A DNA stretch of 63,494 nt, the filler included, from Octopus bimaculoides (Eukaryota), in the NCBI RefSeq assembly GCF_001194135.2. It is 7 parts of 7 records of this genome, joined end to end, with 100 filler letters (N's around TTAATTAATTAA, not from the genome) between each part and the next. Parts side by side here need not be neighbours in the genome. Positions count along the whole stretch, not along the records: positions 47,199 to 52,983 come from NC_069008.1; positions 53,084 to 59,161 come from NW_026423399.1; positions 59,262 to 63,494 come from NC_069005.1; 4 more parts are not named here. One strand, written 5' to 3'. Under the pieces are notes generated by a model. It was not told the origin of the DNA. It was given only the letters and a program-made list of their open reading frames with translations, and ran no database searches. Made by a program: the position numbers and the translations under genes. This document shows positions 49,490 to 62,725 of this stretch, piece by piece (position 1 is the stretch's first letter; each line of letters starts with the position of its first letter).

Positions 49490-50865
49490 ACGGAAGAAAA
49501 CACAAATAGGAATTTTGCTGCGGCCGCCAGTGGCCGAGAACAAACAAAATTGAAAGTGGAGGAAATCCAGGCATTCTTCGGAATGATATTAGAAAAGGAC
49601 GGTGAATCGAGAATAACACCTCCAAGTGAACTCCAAAATAAAATCAAAGAGAAAACTATCATCTATAAAACTTACAACACGGAGACCAAGAGATTTGAAC
49701 ACTTGGAAGAGAGATGCATAGAGAAATGTCTTGGCGCAATAATGAACCACATAAAAATATCTAATGAGAGATTGAAGCAAGGTTCGAATCGACAGAGCGT
49801 GCAAGAGAGCTGTCGACAAGAACCTTGCAATGTGGCAAAATTTTATTACTGCCACTATTAAAAACATCCCCCCGGAGGTGGAGGTGGGCTGGATCGTGGC
49901 CACCCTGCTATACAAGAGGGAGGAAAAATTAAAAATTACAGAGACAACAAAAGATGGCCTACAGAACTGGCGGGGCCAGACCCTCGAGATCCTGGCGCAA
50001 GCCACAACGAATGACTTAGAGGAGCTGCCAGAAACGATAATAATAGACGATATAAGTATCCCCATTCATGTCGAAGGAAGGAGGCCCCGCTGTTTCAAGT
50101 GTGGGAAGAAGGGACACTTAAGAGAAAAGTGTCCCGAAAAAAAACAAAAAAAACAGAACAGTCCACCTCTAACCCCACCTCCAAGGAAGATGATCCCCAG
50201 GAGGGATCATCAAAAAACCAGAGTGAACCAAAAAAAAAGTTACAACACTTATAGGACCAAATAAAGATGCACCCTTAGCTACAACCAAAAAGACATCAAC
50301 CAAAGAGGGTGAACTCCCGGTCATGGAGGCCGTTACCAGGAGTTCATCCAACCAAGAGAGTGACCGCATCATATGAGATCATCGCTGACAGTGAAGAGGA
50401 AGAGCAACTACCAACAGACGGGTACCAGGTTTGTTTGAGGAAGATGGAGTCCCCGAACAAACAGGAAACCCCAAAGACCAAAGTGGCCAAACCAGGGAAG
50501 AAAAAGGGAAAAAGATGTCCTTTTTAGACATCCCTATAACATTACCGAAACCAGTTGATCGAGTGACGGTCTCGTACCGTAGAAAAAACATTTATCTAGA
50601 TGGGGTCATTAGACCACATAATGACTCATTGGTTTATAAAAATGATTATTATCAGAGTCCTACTGTCATAGCAAATATAGCAAGAACTCTGTCTTTTGAT
50701 CTGAGAAAATTGCATTCCAAGGGCATAAGCTTACTAGACAATTTAAAAAAAGTATTCGACCCGTTGGTTGAACCCTCCTTGGAGGTACCCTTCATAGGAG
50801 GAACAGAAGGAAATAGGGAAGTGGTCTCAAATGTCTTGAGAGCCATTCCCCTGGAAAGACAATGA
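49490..50865 (+). mobile_element. L1/Tx1-like LINE ORF1 (frameshifted) with a CCHC zinc knuckle
   Basis: MSSTEENTNRNFAAAASGRE..., then after a frameshift IPIHVEGRRPRCFKCGKKGHLREKC (CX2CX4HX4C). A lysine-rich linker and a further open segment at 50515-50865 follow. Confidence 0.8.
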
Positions 50866-50894
50866 GAGGGTAAGTAGGTTCCCGTTTTTCCTTT

Positions 50895-52262
50895 ATGTTG
50901 CAAATGGCCGTGTTGAACATAGCGTGTTTAAATGTGCGTGGCCTGAGCTCGAAGTGAAAGCAGGCGTGCCTCCTCGACGACCTCAGGTCACATAGCATAG
51001 ATGTGATGGTTGTTACAGAGACTAGACTGGACAAGCTGCAAGCCTTCTCTGCACTCCTAAATGACTACGAGAAAATAATTTCTCCTAGCCGGGAGGGAAG
51101 GAGCAGAGGCGTGGCTGTCTTCTTGATCCGTAAAAGCTTAGTCATGCAGACACGTACAATCTTCGTGGACCCAGAAGGTGAGTTGGTCGATCTGGATCTG
51201 ACATACAGTGGCAAGGCCTTCAGGCTGGTTGGCATCTACGCGCCTGGCATTGCAGGCAAACGGGTCGGTTTCTTTCATCGCCTGGAGAATTTCCTGGTGA
51301 CATCGAAAACAGTAGTTGTACTAGTTGACTTTAACGCTAAACTGGATGCGTGCCAGGATAGCGTGGGCTCTAAAGATAGAAAGAGAAACTCATGCCTCAC
51401 CTATCTGCTGAAGCGTTTCAGGCTGGCAGATCGATATAGACTTGACATCCCGAACGTTCCTGTGTGGACCTGGGCAAGAAACGACGGAATGGGAAGGTCG
51501 TATATAGACAGGATATTCATAAGTACTAGAGACAGGTATAGCTTTAGTTGTCCACAGTTTACCTACGTACCCTACACAGATCACAATTTAGTGACGTGTA
51601 GGGTGAATATAGATAAGGTACATAGACAGGGATTTGGCAACTGGAAGCTGAACAAGACATTATTGGATTGCGAGGCCTACCGTAGCCAGATTAGGGAGTT
51701 AGTGAAGAGGGCACTTACCGGCGCTGTTATCAACAACCGGTGGTGGAATGCCCTCAAAAGAGCCCTTCGAATTGAGTCAATTAGATTTAGCAAACAGTTA
51801 AGTCTAGAACAGACTAGAATAGAAAGGGACTTAGTTAAGTCATTAGGCGAGGCACTGAGATCGGGCTCTGCGTCACAAGTGCTGGCGGCGAGATCGGCAC
51901 TGGACCGTCACCTCAATGCCAAACACGAAGGATGCAGAGTCCGGGCTAGAACACGTGCAATGGGCCGTGAAGGTATTAATGTTGCTGGATGGGCTCGGAA
52001 GAAACCCGTCGTGGCATCGAAGCTACGATCGGTCTTTGACAGATGAATCCGAACAAGAGGAGATATGTAAGGCCTTTCACAAGCACTTTGCCACGTTGTT
52101 CGGGAGGGACGGGACCTTGGACCATGGGGATGCCTTACAGCATTTTCTGGACGGCGGCCCGCGTCTTTCGACTCGTGAAGCTGAGTGCTGCGAAGGACCA
52201 ATCACAGCCAAGATCAGAGAGGTACTGTCCGAGAGCCCCGGGGGACAAGGCGCCGGGTCTGG
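50895..52262 (+). mobile_element. L1/Tx1-like LINE ORF2, APE endonuclease and linker; truncated before RT
   Basis: MLQMAVLNIACLNVRGLSSK*KQ...VVTETRLD...GIYAP...VDFN...SYIDRIF...YTDH are APE motifs, with an in-frame TGA at 50955. The element ends at PGDKAPGLD, the KxPGxDG motif that precedes RT. Confidence 0.85.
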
Positions 52263-52299
52263 ATGTGTTTCTCAGTCACACATACACATTATTGTATAC

Positions 52300-52983
52300 A
52301 CACATATGTCGCGACAAACTGGCGTGACCTTATCTGAAGTACAATATGTGTGTATGTGTAACTGAGAAACACAGAGCATAGAATAAGTGTCTGTAACAGT
52401 GACAAATAAGCGTCGGAACACATAGATAGAGAAATACCAGTTCGTTCAAGAGTTACACAAGAGAATATTCTAGGCAGCGCTGTGGCGTCACATGCTGTGT
52501 GTGAAGTTGAGCGTCGATGCTGTAAACCGGTTACTTGGTACAGAAGGTTCTCGCATGGTTGTTCTGACTGTTATCTCCGTGGTGGAAACAATCCACTCGA
52601 ACAGTGCAGAGATGAAACCGCTGTCGTTGTTGGTGTGTACTCTGGTGGTGGTGCTGGCGACGGAACTGTAGTAGACAGTAAATCGGTGGTGTTGGCATCG
52701 TCGCTGGAAATTGGTTGGAGCTGTGTTCTGTGTGTGGTCTACGACCAGATCTGGAAAGGTCTGTGGTCGCGACCCACTGGCGTAGTTGGAGCAGGCTTAT
52801 TTATAGATGAAATAGGGCTCACCGGAAACGCAGAAAATACTCTCTCTCACGTGACCTTATCTGAAGGCCACAATTGGACGGTATGCACCCTGGCGCGAAA
52901 CTGAACTGGTGATAAATGTCGGGCAAATAAGAACCAGTCAGGGTGGCGGACACAAGGGGTCCAAGCGGCCAAAAGCTAGTTGT
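52300..52983 (-). mobile_element. Putative LTR-like repeat
   Basis: Non-coding CpG-rich block with TATAAATA on the minus strand (about 52800-52807), an internal direct repeat GTGACCTTATCTGAAG (52324, 52851) and a ...TGTCGCGACA end. No LTR-element protein is visible. Confidence 0.3.
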
Positions 52984-53452
52984 NNNNNNNNNNNNNNNNN
53001 NNNNNNNNNNNNNNNNNNNNNNNNNNNTTAATTAATTAANNNNNNNNNNNNNNNNNNNNNNNNNNNNNNNNNNNNNNNNNNNNACACACACACACATACA
53101 TACATACATATATATCGAGATATATGCATGCAGGAGAAGTATATATATTTACATATAGAGAGAGTTTATGTTTATTTTATGATACAAAAACATGAAAATT
53201 CTCAATAGAAATATATGTTGGAAGTGCGTCTATATGTTTAATTTATTTTAGATAAGCCGAGATTTATTTAGCCAAGAATAACAAGCGTGCGAGTTTAGGA
53301 AGAATATAGATTCTAGTTTAGCAAACCATTTTCGGTATTTCCTTTCGGTGTATTCCCTGACGCGTATGGTTGCCCGAAAGACCGACTAAACGTAATAGCT
53401 CTTCTGGGGCTGTTTTACTTGTTCATTTTATAGTTCCACAGAAACTAAAAGA

Positions 53453-53537
<85 letters not shown>

Positions 53538-53682
53538 CCTATCTATATATATATCAAACAAGATGAGGACAAATATCCGTCAAATGTAAATAATGTACAT
53601 AATTCTTCTTCTCCTAAATATAGAAGTGTATTATCTATCTATCTTTATATATATACATATAAATATACACATACGCACACAC

Positions 53683-53746
<64 letters not shown>

Positions 53747-54324
53747 CAGGGCGTCCCAAAAGTCACTGATGGATTTCAATTTCTAATAACTTCCTTAACT
53801 TCACAAATAAATGTATGAAATTTTGATACAATATAAAGGACGTTATGGAAATTAATTATTTAACCTTTTCTCTGGCTTTTCAGATTTTCATTTGAATGGG
53901 TACATCAACAAACAAAAATCCCATTTTAGGCGCTCTGAGGACCTGAGAACAGTATACCAACGTAAGGTTGACGGTGTGGATTGATAGCAAATGAAATTAT
54001 CGGTCCGACAGAAATGCTCTCACAGTGACTGGAGAAGGGTACAGAACCATGATTGAGACCCTTTTGCGGCCGCCCATTCAAAGTAGACCTCAGACATTGT
54101 TCCAGCAAGATGGGGCAACTGCTCATACCACAAGAGAAACAATGCAGTTGCTACAGCAGACCTTTGGAGAGAGAATAATCTCCCGCTACAGCAATGTCAA
54201 CTTGGCCTTCACATTCCCCAGACTTGATTAGCCCAGATTTTTTTCTTATGGGGATACCTGAAAGAGAGGATTTACGTCAACAAACCGGAGACCCTGGTGC
54301 AACTGAAGGAGAACATCAATAGAG
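53747..54324 (+). mobile_element. Decayed Tc1/mariner DD41D (rosa-like) element, internally deleted
   Basis: TA|CAGGGCGTCCCA terminus. FQQDGATAHTTRETMQLLQQTFGERIISRYSNVNWPSHSPDLISPDFFLWGYLKERIYVNKP, after correcting two 1-nt frameshifts, gives 41 residues between the second and third catalytic D. Confidence 0.75.
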
Positions 54325-55654
54325 NNNNNNNNNNNNNNNNNNNNNNNNNNNNNNNNNNNNNNNNNNNNNNNNNNNNNNNNNNNNNNNNNNNNNNNNNNNN
54401 NNNNNNNNNNNNNNNNNNNNNNNNNNNNNNNNNNNNNNNNNNNNNNNNNNNNNNNNNNNNNNNNNNNNNNNNNNNNNNNNNNNNNNNNNNNNNNNNNNNN
54501 NNNNNNNNNNNNNNNNNNNNNNNNNNNNNNNNNNNNNNNNNNNNNNNNNNNNNNNNNNNNNNNNNNNNNNNNNNNNNNNNNNNNNNNNNNNNNNNNNNNN
54601 NNNNNNNNNNNNNNNNNNNNNNNNNNNNNNNNNNNNNNNNNNNNNNNNNNNNNNNNNNNNNNNNNNNNNNNNNNNNNNNNNNNNNNNNNNNNNNNNNNNN
54701 NNNNNNNNNNNNNNNNNNNNNNNNNNNNNNNNNNNNNNNNNNNNNNNNNNNNNNNNNNNNNNNNNNNNNNNNNNNNNNNNNNNNNNNNNNNNNNNNNNNN
54801 NNNNNNNNNNNNNNNNNNNNNNNNNNNNNNNNNNNNNNNNNNNNNNNNNNNNNNNNNNNNNNNNNNNNNNNNNNNNNNNNNNNNNNNNNNNNNNNNNNNN
54901 NNNNNNNNNNNNNNNNNNNNNNNNNNNNNNNNNNNNNNNNNNNNNNNNNNNNNNNNNNNNNNNNNNNNNNNNNNNNNNNNNNNNNNNNNNNNNNNNNNNN
55001 NNNNNNNNNNNNNNNNNNNNNNNNNNNNNNNNNNNNNNNNNNNNNNNNNNNNNNNNNNNNNNNNNNNNNNNNNNNNNNNNNNNNNNNNNNNNNNNNNNNN
55101 NNNNNNNNNNNNNNNNNNNNNNNNNNNNNNNNNNNNNNNNNNNNNNNNNNNNNNNNNNNNNNNNNNNNNNNNNNNNNNNNNNNNNNNNNNNNNNNNNNNN
55201 NNNNNNNNNNNNNNNNNNNNNNNNNNNNNNNNNNNNNNNNNNNNNNNNNNNNNNNNNNTATATCTGCTAATACATCGAAATACATTTGGGAGGGAATACA
55301 CTTTTCTTGTATACATCTGTTTCAACTTTTCTCATTGTTGATGCCGTTCCCTATGTAGGCACAAATGTAATACTTTCCGAAATAAATTCCATTTCATATT
55401 CGAAGCTCCGATGAAGCTATGAGGTGTTATTCAGGCACCCAACTATGAGCCCACTGCATCTTATTAGCAGAAACAGCTGTAAGTTCATAAGACAATCATT
55501 TTTCCTTTGCCATTTCTCTTATTACCGCTCTATAATCAGCCAACACTTCGTTCGGAAACATATGTATATTGAGTTCTACATTAGGTTATTGATCTCGAAA
55601 CGCCTAAGCGAAATATATATGTGTGTGTGCGTGTGTGTGTGTGTGTACATACAT

Positions 55655-55687
<33 letters not shown>

Positions 55688-56846
55688 TTTATTCTTTTAT
55701 TTCTTTCAGTCATTTGACTTCAGCCATGCTGGAGCACCGCCTTTAGTTGAACAAATCAACCCCAGGACATATTCTTTAGTAAGCCTAGTGCTTATTCTTT
55801 CGATCACTTTGGCCGAACCTCTAAGTTACGAGGACGTAAACACACCGACATCGGTTGTCAAGCGATGGTGGCGGGACAATCACAGATACGCAAACATATA
55901 CATATACATATATATATATATATATATATAAATATATATANNNNNNNNNNNNNNNNNNNNNNNNNNNNNNNNNNNNNNNNNNNNNNNNNNNNNNNNNNNN
56001 NNNNNNNNNNNNNNNNNNNNNNNNNNNNNNNNNNNNNNNNNNNNNNNNNNNNNNNNNNNNNNNNNNNNNNNNNNNNNNNNNNNNNNNNNNNNNNNNNNNN
56101 NNNNNNNNNNNNNNNNNNNNNNNNNNNNNNNNNNNNNNNNNNNNNNNNNNNNNNNNNNNNNNNNNNNNNNNNNNNNNNNNNNNNNNNNNNNNNNNNNNNN
56201 NNNNNNNNNNNNNNNNNNNNNNNNNNNNNNNNNNNNNNNNNNNNNNNNNNNNNNNNNNNNNNNNNNNNNNNNNNNNNNNNNNNNNNNNNNNNNNNNNNNN
56301 NNNNNNNNNNNNNNNNNNNNNNNNNNNNNNNNNNNNNNNNNNNNNNNNNNNNNNNNNNNNNNNNNNNNNNNNNNNNNNNNNNNNNNNNNNNNNNNNNNNN
56401 NNNNNNNNNNNNNNNNNNNNNNNNNNNNNNNNNNNNNNNNNNNNNNNNNNNNNNNNNNNNNNNNNNNNNNNNNNNNNNNNNNNNNNNNNNNNNNNNNNNN
56501 NNNNNNNNNNNNNNNNNNNNNNNNNNNNNNNNNNNNNNNNNNNNNNNNNNNNNNNNNNNNNNNNNNNNNNNNNNNNNNNNNNNNNNNNNNNNNNNNNNNN
56601 NNNNNNNNNNNNNNNNNNNNNNNNNNNNNNNNNNNNNNNNNNNNNNNNNNNNNNNNNNNNNNNNNNNNNNNNNNNNNNNNNNNNNNNNNNNNNNNNNNNN
56701 NNNNNNNNNNNNNNNNNNNNNNNNNNNNNNNNNNNNNNNNNNNNNNNNNNNNNNNNNNNNNNNNNNNNNNNNNNNNNNNNNNNNNNNNNNNNNNNNNNNN
56801 NNNNNNNNNNNNNNNNNNNNNNNNNNNNNNNNNNNNNNNNNNNNNN

Positions 56847-56902
<56 letters not shown>

Positions 56903-57374
56903 GCATATACATATATTTACACACACACACACACATATATAATAATGCATAATGTATTATATAATATTATGCAAAATATTTATGCAAATGGGATAAAGAA
57001 AAACTTAGAATAAATGAAGTCAACAACATTACTGATAATGGCATTTTGGGTTACTAATTATGCTAAAACAATAAGCAAATATTAAAACAAAACAATATAC
57101 TTCAGTAAAGAGACAGAATGTATATGAGCCATAATAAATGGATAGAAAGTAAAACCGGGGATAATGCGGGTGTTTAATGTGACTCTACCAAATTATGATA
57201 AAAACGTCTTTGGAAAGAATCTACAAATATATCAATATGTAGGTGGATGTATGATGCGATTAATTATAAATAGTGCGTGTGCATATATATGACCTTAACA
57301 AAATTAAAGGTATAGTTTTGTTCTTTTTCTTAGAAGGATGGGAATATGATTAGAAACACCGTGGGTAATAAGGA

Positions 57375-57406
<32 letters not shown>

Positions 57407-58701
57407 ATCGATGATGATAATGGTGATGATGATGATCATGGTGATAAAGGTGATGATGATGATGATGATGGTGATGATTGCGATGATGATGGTGATGATG
57501 ATGGTGATGATGAACATGACGACGACGATGATGATGACAATAATGATGGTGATGACGATGATGACGATGATGATGATGATGACGATGATGATGATGATGT
57601 GGGTTATATNNNNNNNNNNNNNNNNNNNNNNNNNNNNNNNNNNNNNNNNNNNNNNNNNNNNNNNNNNNNNNNNNNNNNNNNNNNNNNNNNNNNNNNNNNN
57701 NNNNNNNNNNNNNNNNNNNNNNNNNNNNNNNNNNNNNNNNNNNNNNNNNNNNNNNNNNNNNNNNNNNNNNNNNNNNNNNNNNNNNNNNNNNNNNNNNNNN
57801 NNNNNNNNNNNNNNNNNNNNNNNNNNNNNNNNNNNNNNNNNNNNNNNNNNNNNNNNNNNNNNNNNNNNNNNNNNNNNNNNNNNNNNNNNNNNNNNNNNNN
57901 NNNNNNNNNNNNNNNNNNNNNNNNNNNNNNNNNNNNNNNNNNNNNNNNNNNNNNNNNNNNNNNNNNNNNNNNNNNNNNNNNNNNNNNNNNNNNNNNNNNN
58001 NNNNNNNNNNNNNNNNNNNNNNNNNNNNNNNNNNNNNNNNNNNNNNNNNNNNNNNNNNNNNNNNNNNNNNNNNNNNNNNNNNNNNNNNNNNNNNNNNNNN
58101 NNNNNNNNNNNNNNNNNNNNNNNNNNNNNNNNNNNNNNNNNNNNNNNNNNNNNNNNNNNNNNNNNNNNNNNNNNNNNNNNNNNNNNNNNNNNNNNNNNNN
58201 NNNNNNNNNNNNNNNNNNNNNNNNNNNNNNNNNNNNNNNNNNNNNNNNNNNNNNNNNNNNNNNNNNNNNNNNNNNNNNNNNNNNNNNNNNNNNNNNNNNN
58301 NNNNNNNNNNNNNNNNNNNNNNNNNNNNNNNNNNNNNNNNNNNNNNNNNNNNNNNNNNNNNNNNNNNNNNNNNNNNNNNNNNNNNNNNNNNNNNNNNNNN
58401 NNNNNNNNNNNNNNNNNNNNNNNNNNNNNNNNNNNNNNNNNNNNNNNNNNNNNNNNNNNNNNNNNNNNNNNNNNNNNNNNNNNNNNNNNNNNNNNNNNNN
58501 NNNNNNNNNNNNNNNNNNGATATGGTGGTGGTGGTGGATGTGGTGGTGGATGTGGTGGTGGCGGTGGTGGTGGTGGCTACTATCTTTATTATTCTTGCGT
58601 TCTCCAATTTCCTCATCACCCTTCATCATCGTTATCGTCACCTACATCATCACCACGACCACCACCACCTTCTTCATCTTTCTCCTCCACCTCATCATCA
58701 T

Positions 58702-58732
<31 letters not shown>

Positions 58733-58907
58733 AGCATCGTCATAAGCATTATCCCCATCACCGGCATCAGCATCATCACCATTACCGCAGCCACTAAAAT
58801 CATCATCATCATCATCATCATTGTCATTATCATCATATGGCTGATTACATCTCAAACCTTCCTTCCCCTCCCCTTCTCTCTCTCCTTCTATCTTCGTATC
58901 TTCCCCG

Positions 58908-58951
<44 letters not shown>

Positions 58952-59261
58952 TCTCTCCCTCTCTCTCTGTACATTCCAAGAATGAAGAATTTCTCTTGTC
59001 AAATTCTTCCACATTCCTCCCGGTTCTTTGGCCAACGTCAGAAATACAATCACACAACACATCTACGTCTTTCCATAGACACACACACACTCTCTCTCTC
59101 TCTCTCTCTCTTTCTCCAATTCTCTTCATCTCTCTCTCTATCACCCTCTCTCTCCCACCATNNNNNNNNNNNNNNNNNNNNNNNNNNNNNNNNNNNNNNN
59201 NNNNNTTAATTAATTAANNNNNNNNNNNNNNNNNNNNNNNNNNNNNNNNNNNNNNNNNNNN

Positions 59262-60026
59262 TATATACATATATATATATATATCTTTATGCACACAGAC
59301 ACACATGCACATACAAACGCACTCATACACGCATATACATATATATAAATATATATACACATTGTATATGTAGTATTATATATGTGTGTATATTTATGAG
59401 TCCATGTGTATATGGGAATATATATACAGATGTATGTAAATGTGAATTTGTAGGGATGCGTGTATATTTTTATGTCAGTCTATATGTATATACGTATGTG
59501 CATATTTATATATGCCTCTAGTATGTTTTTATACAAAAACATTCAAACGCTCACATACATGTAAATACATAAACACACACACGTACACGTACAAACACAC
59601 ACACGTACGCACACCGACAGACACACACGGACACAAAAACACCTGCCCCCTCACACTCACACATTTCTGTTAATCTCTATGTATATCTCACTGTTAAGCT
59701 GTCTGTCTGACCGTCTGTCTGTATCTGTGTCTGCATCAATCTGTACCTCCATATTCCTCAATCCGTCAGACTGCCTGTCTGCCTGCCTGTCTATGCGCAT
59801 CTCAGTATGTATGCACCCATGTATATGTGAGAATGCAGCAACTTGACATGATACGTACGTGCTTACATACGTGCTTACATACATATATATATATATATAT
59901 GTGCGCATGTGTGTGTGTGTATGTATACACACACACACACACACATATATGTATAGAGAGAGATAGAGAGAGTGAGAGAGAGATAGGGATGGGTAGATAT
60001 AGATATATATAAACAGAGGCAGATAG

Positions 60027-60098
<72 letters not shown>

Positions 60099-60324
60099 AT
60101 ATGTATATAGGTATATATATATATATATGTATATATATTTATATATATATGCGTATCCACACACATACATGAATATATACATATATATATGTGAATATAT
60201 ATGTATGTGTATTATATACACATGCATACACAAGCACATATATATTCAAATAAACGCACAAACGTCAAGCATTGATAAATCGTATAAGCATGCACACAAA
60301 CACGCACGGACGTATGTGAATGCT

Positions 60325-60359
<35 letters not shown>

Positions 60360-60792
60360 GTGTGTATGTGTGTGTGAGTATAATGTACATTATCAAAGAC
60401 GTCTAGTGAAGTGAAACAACATAAAGAATTAGGTTGAAATGATTCAGTAAACCTCTCACGGTTGTGAGAAAATTTAAGTGTCAGTCATGTGACACGAATG
60501 TCTCGTCCCATTATACAAGCTTGATATTCATTGTTGGAGAATTCTTCAAGTATGGTCAGAGAAATGATTCTCGTCATTAGAACTTCCCTTCTGGCTCGCT
60601 CTCACTTTCACTCTTCATACATGTGTAAAAGTGTATACATACACACATGTATATGTATATTTATATGTGTGTGTACATATATATATATACATGTCTGTAT
60701 GTCTGTGTATCACACATTTGTATATCTTCGTATTTTGATATATACAAGTATCACTTTCTCTCTGTCTATCTCTCTATTTATTTCTCTTTCTC

Positions 60793-60867
<75 letters not shown>

Positions 60868-61074
60868 GTCTGTCTGTCTGTCTGTCTGTCAATCAAACTT
60901 TCTATCAATCGATCTATCAATTTTTGTATGCGTATATACACCTGTATTTATCTGTACGTTTATCGATCGACTTAACTACATCTTTATATATATATATATA
61001 TATNNNNNNNNNNTTTATGTACATACATACATATATATACATATATATACATACATACATACATACATACATAT

Positions 61075-61134
<60 letters not shown>

Positions 61135-62647
61135 GTATATATCCATTAGATGAATTAAGTTGCGTTGCATTGTGAAGTTTATAAGTGTCTGCTTACCCCA
61201 CAGATACACGAAACATACGTGCATATGTATTATATAAATATTGATGTGTTTGTATATATATATATGTGAGTGTATGTATGTATGTGTGCATGTTGTGGTT
61301 ATATGTGTGTTTGCATATATAGACATTGCTCATACATATTTAAATGATAAACTTCTGGAAGGNNNNNNNNNNNNNNNNNNNNNNNNNNNNNNNNNNNNNN
61401 NNNNNNNNNNNNNNNNNNNNNNNNNNNNNNNNNNNNNNNNNNNNNNNNNNNNNNNNNNNNNNNNNNNNNNNNNNNNNNNNNNNNNNNNNNNNNNNNNNNN
61501 NNNNNNNNNNNNNNNNNNNNNNNNNNNNNNNNNNNNNNNNNNNNNNNNNNNNNNNNNNNNNNNNNNNNNNNNNNNNNNNNNNNNNNNNNNNNNNNNNNNN
61601 NNNNNNNNNNNNNNNNNNNNNNNNNNNNNNNNNNNNNNNNNNNNNNNNNNNNNNNNNNNNNNNNNNNNNNNNNNNNNNNNNNNNNNNNNNNNNNNNNNNN
61701 NNNNNNNNNNNNNNNNNNNNNNNNNNNNNNNNNNNNTATATATATATATATCCAATCGTGTATATGTGCATTTAGCCGCATATACATATATAGATACATA
61801 TTCGTGTGTACGATTGTTTGCGTGTGCATCAGTGTAGATGTGGGCATGAATATGTCCTGAAATAATACTACCAGGGCCCGATGCTTCATACATACATACA
61901 TATATACATTCGTCTATTCTTCTTCGTCTTCTTCTTGGCCCGAAGCAAATTACGAAATTAAATTCAGGTCCATTTCTACATATGCAGACGCCATCTTAAA
62001 GAGCTGAGCTTTTCATTGTCCACATTCACACAAAGCCCCAAGTTCTTCCATACAAATACACACACTGACACACAGGCGTTCATTATTACGATATACATAC
62101 ATATGCTTTTACATATATTCATATACACGCTCAGACACACACACACACACGCATGCGCGCACGCGCTGGCACACAAGCGCACAAAAATACATATTTATAC
62201 GTATACATTCTCACACACATGCATGTATATGCATCTATCAATCTCTCTCTCCCTCCCTCTCTCTCTTTCTCTCTTTCTCTGTATCCATCTTTACACATAT
62301 CTATTCGTCTATGTCTCTGCTTGTAATATGAGTATTTATGGAAGTGAAGATTTGGAATCTAAGAGTAGTTCCTACATCTTTTGTTGTTTTGGTGTATACT
62401 CTAAATTTTGTGGCAGTAACATCAAGTCTCTTCCATACGTATGTGATACGGTGTTCCAAGCAGTGAACCACAGAGAAGAGATGTTACGCATTTGATATCT
62501 TCATTGGTTGTGAGATCTATATCTATCTCTGTTTTGTTTGTAAATATTTTTTACCAATCTCCTGAATAAGCCATGTATGTATGTATGTATGCATATATGC
62601 ATACATGCATGTATGTGTGTATATATGTATGTGCGTATGTATATTTG

Positions 62648-62720
<73 letters not shown>
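59262..62720. repeat. Microsatellite-dominated low-complexity tract ((TA)n, (CA)n, (TATC)n, (TACA)n, (CT)n)
   Basis: Seen directly. Similar tracts occur throughout, e.g. (AAT)n 3100-3190, (TATC)n 53455-53545, (GAT)n 57375-57600, (CAT/CAC)n 33240-33570. Confidence 0.9.
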
Positions 62721-62725
<5 letters not shown>

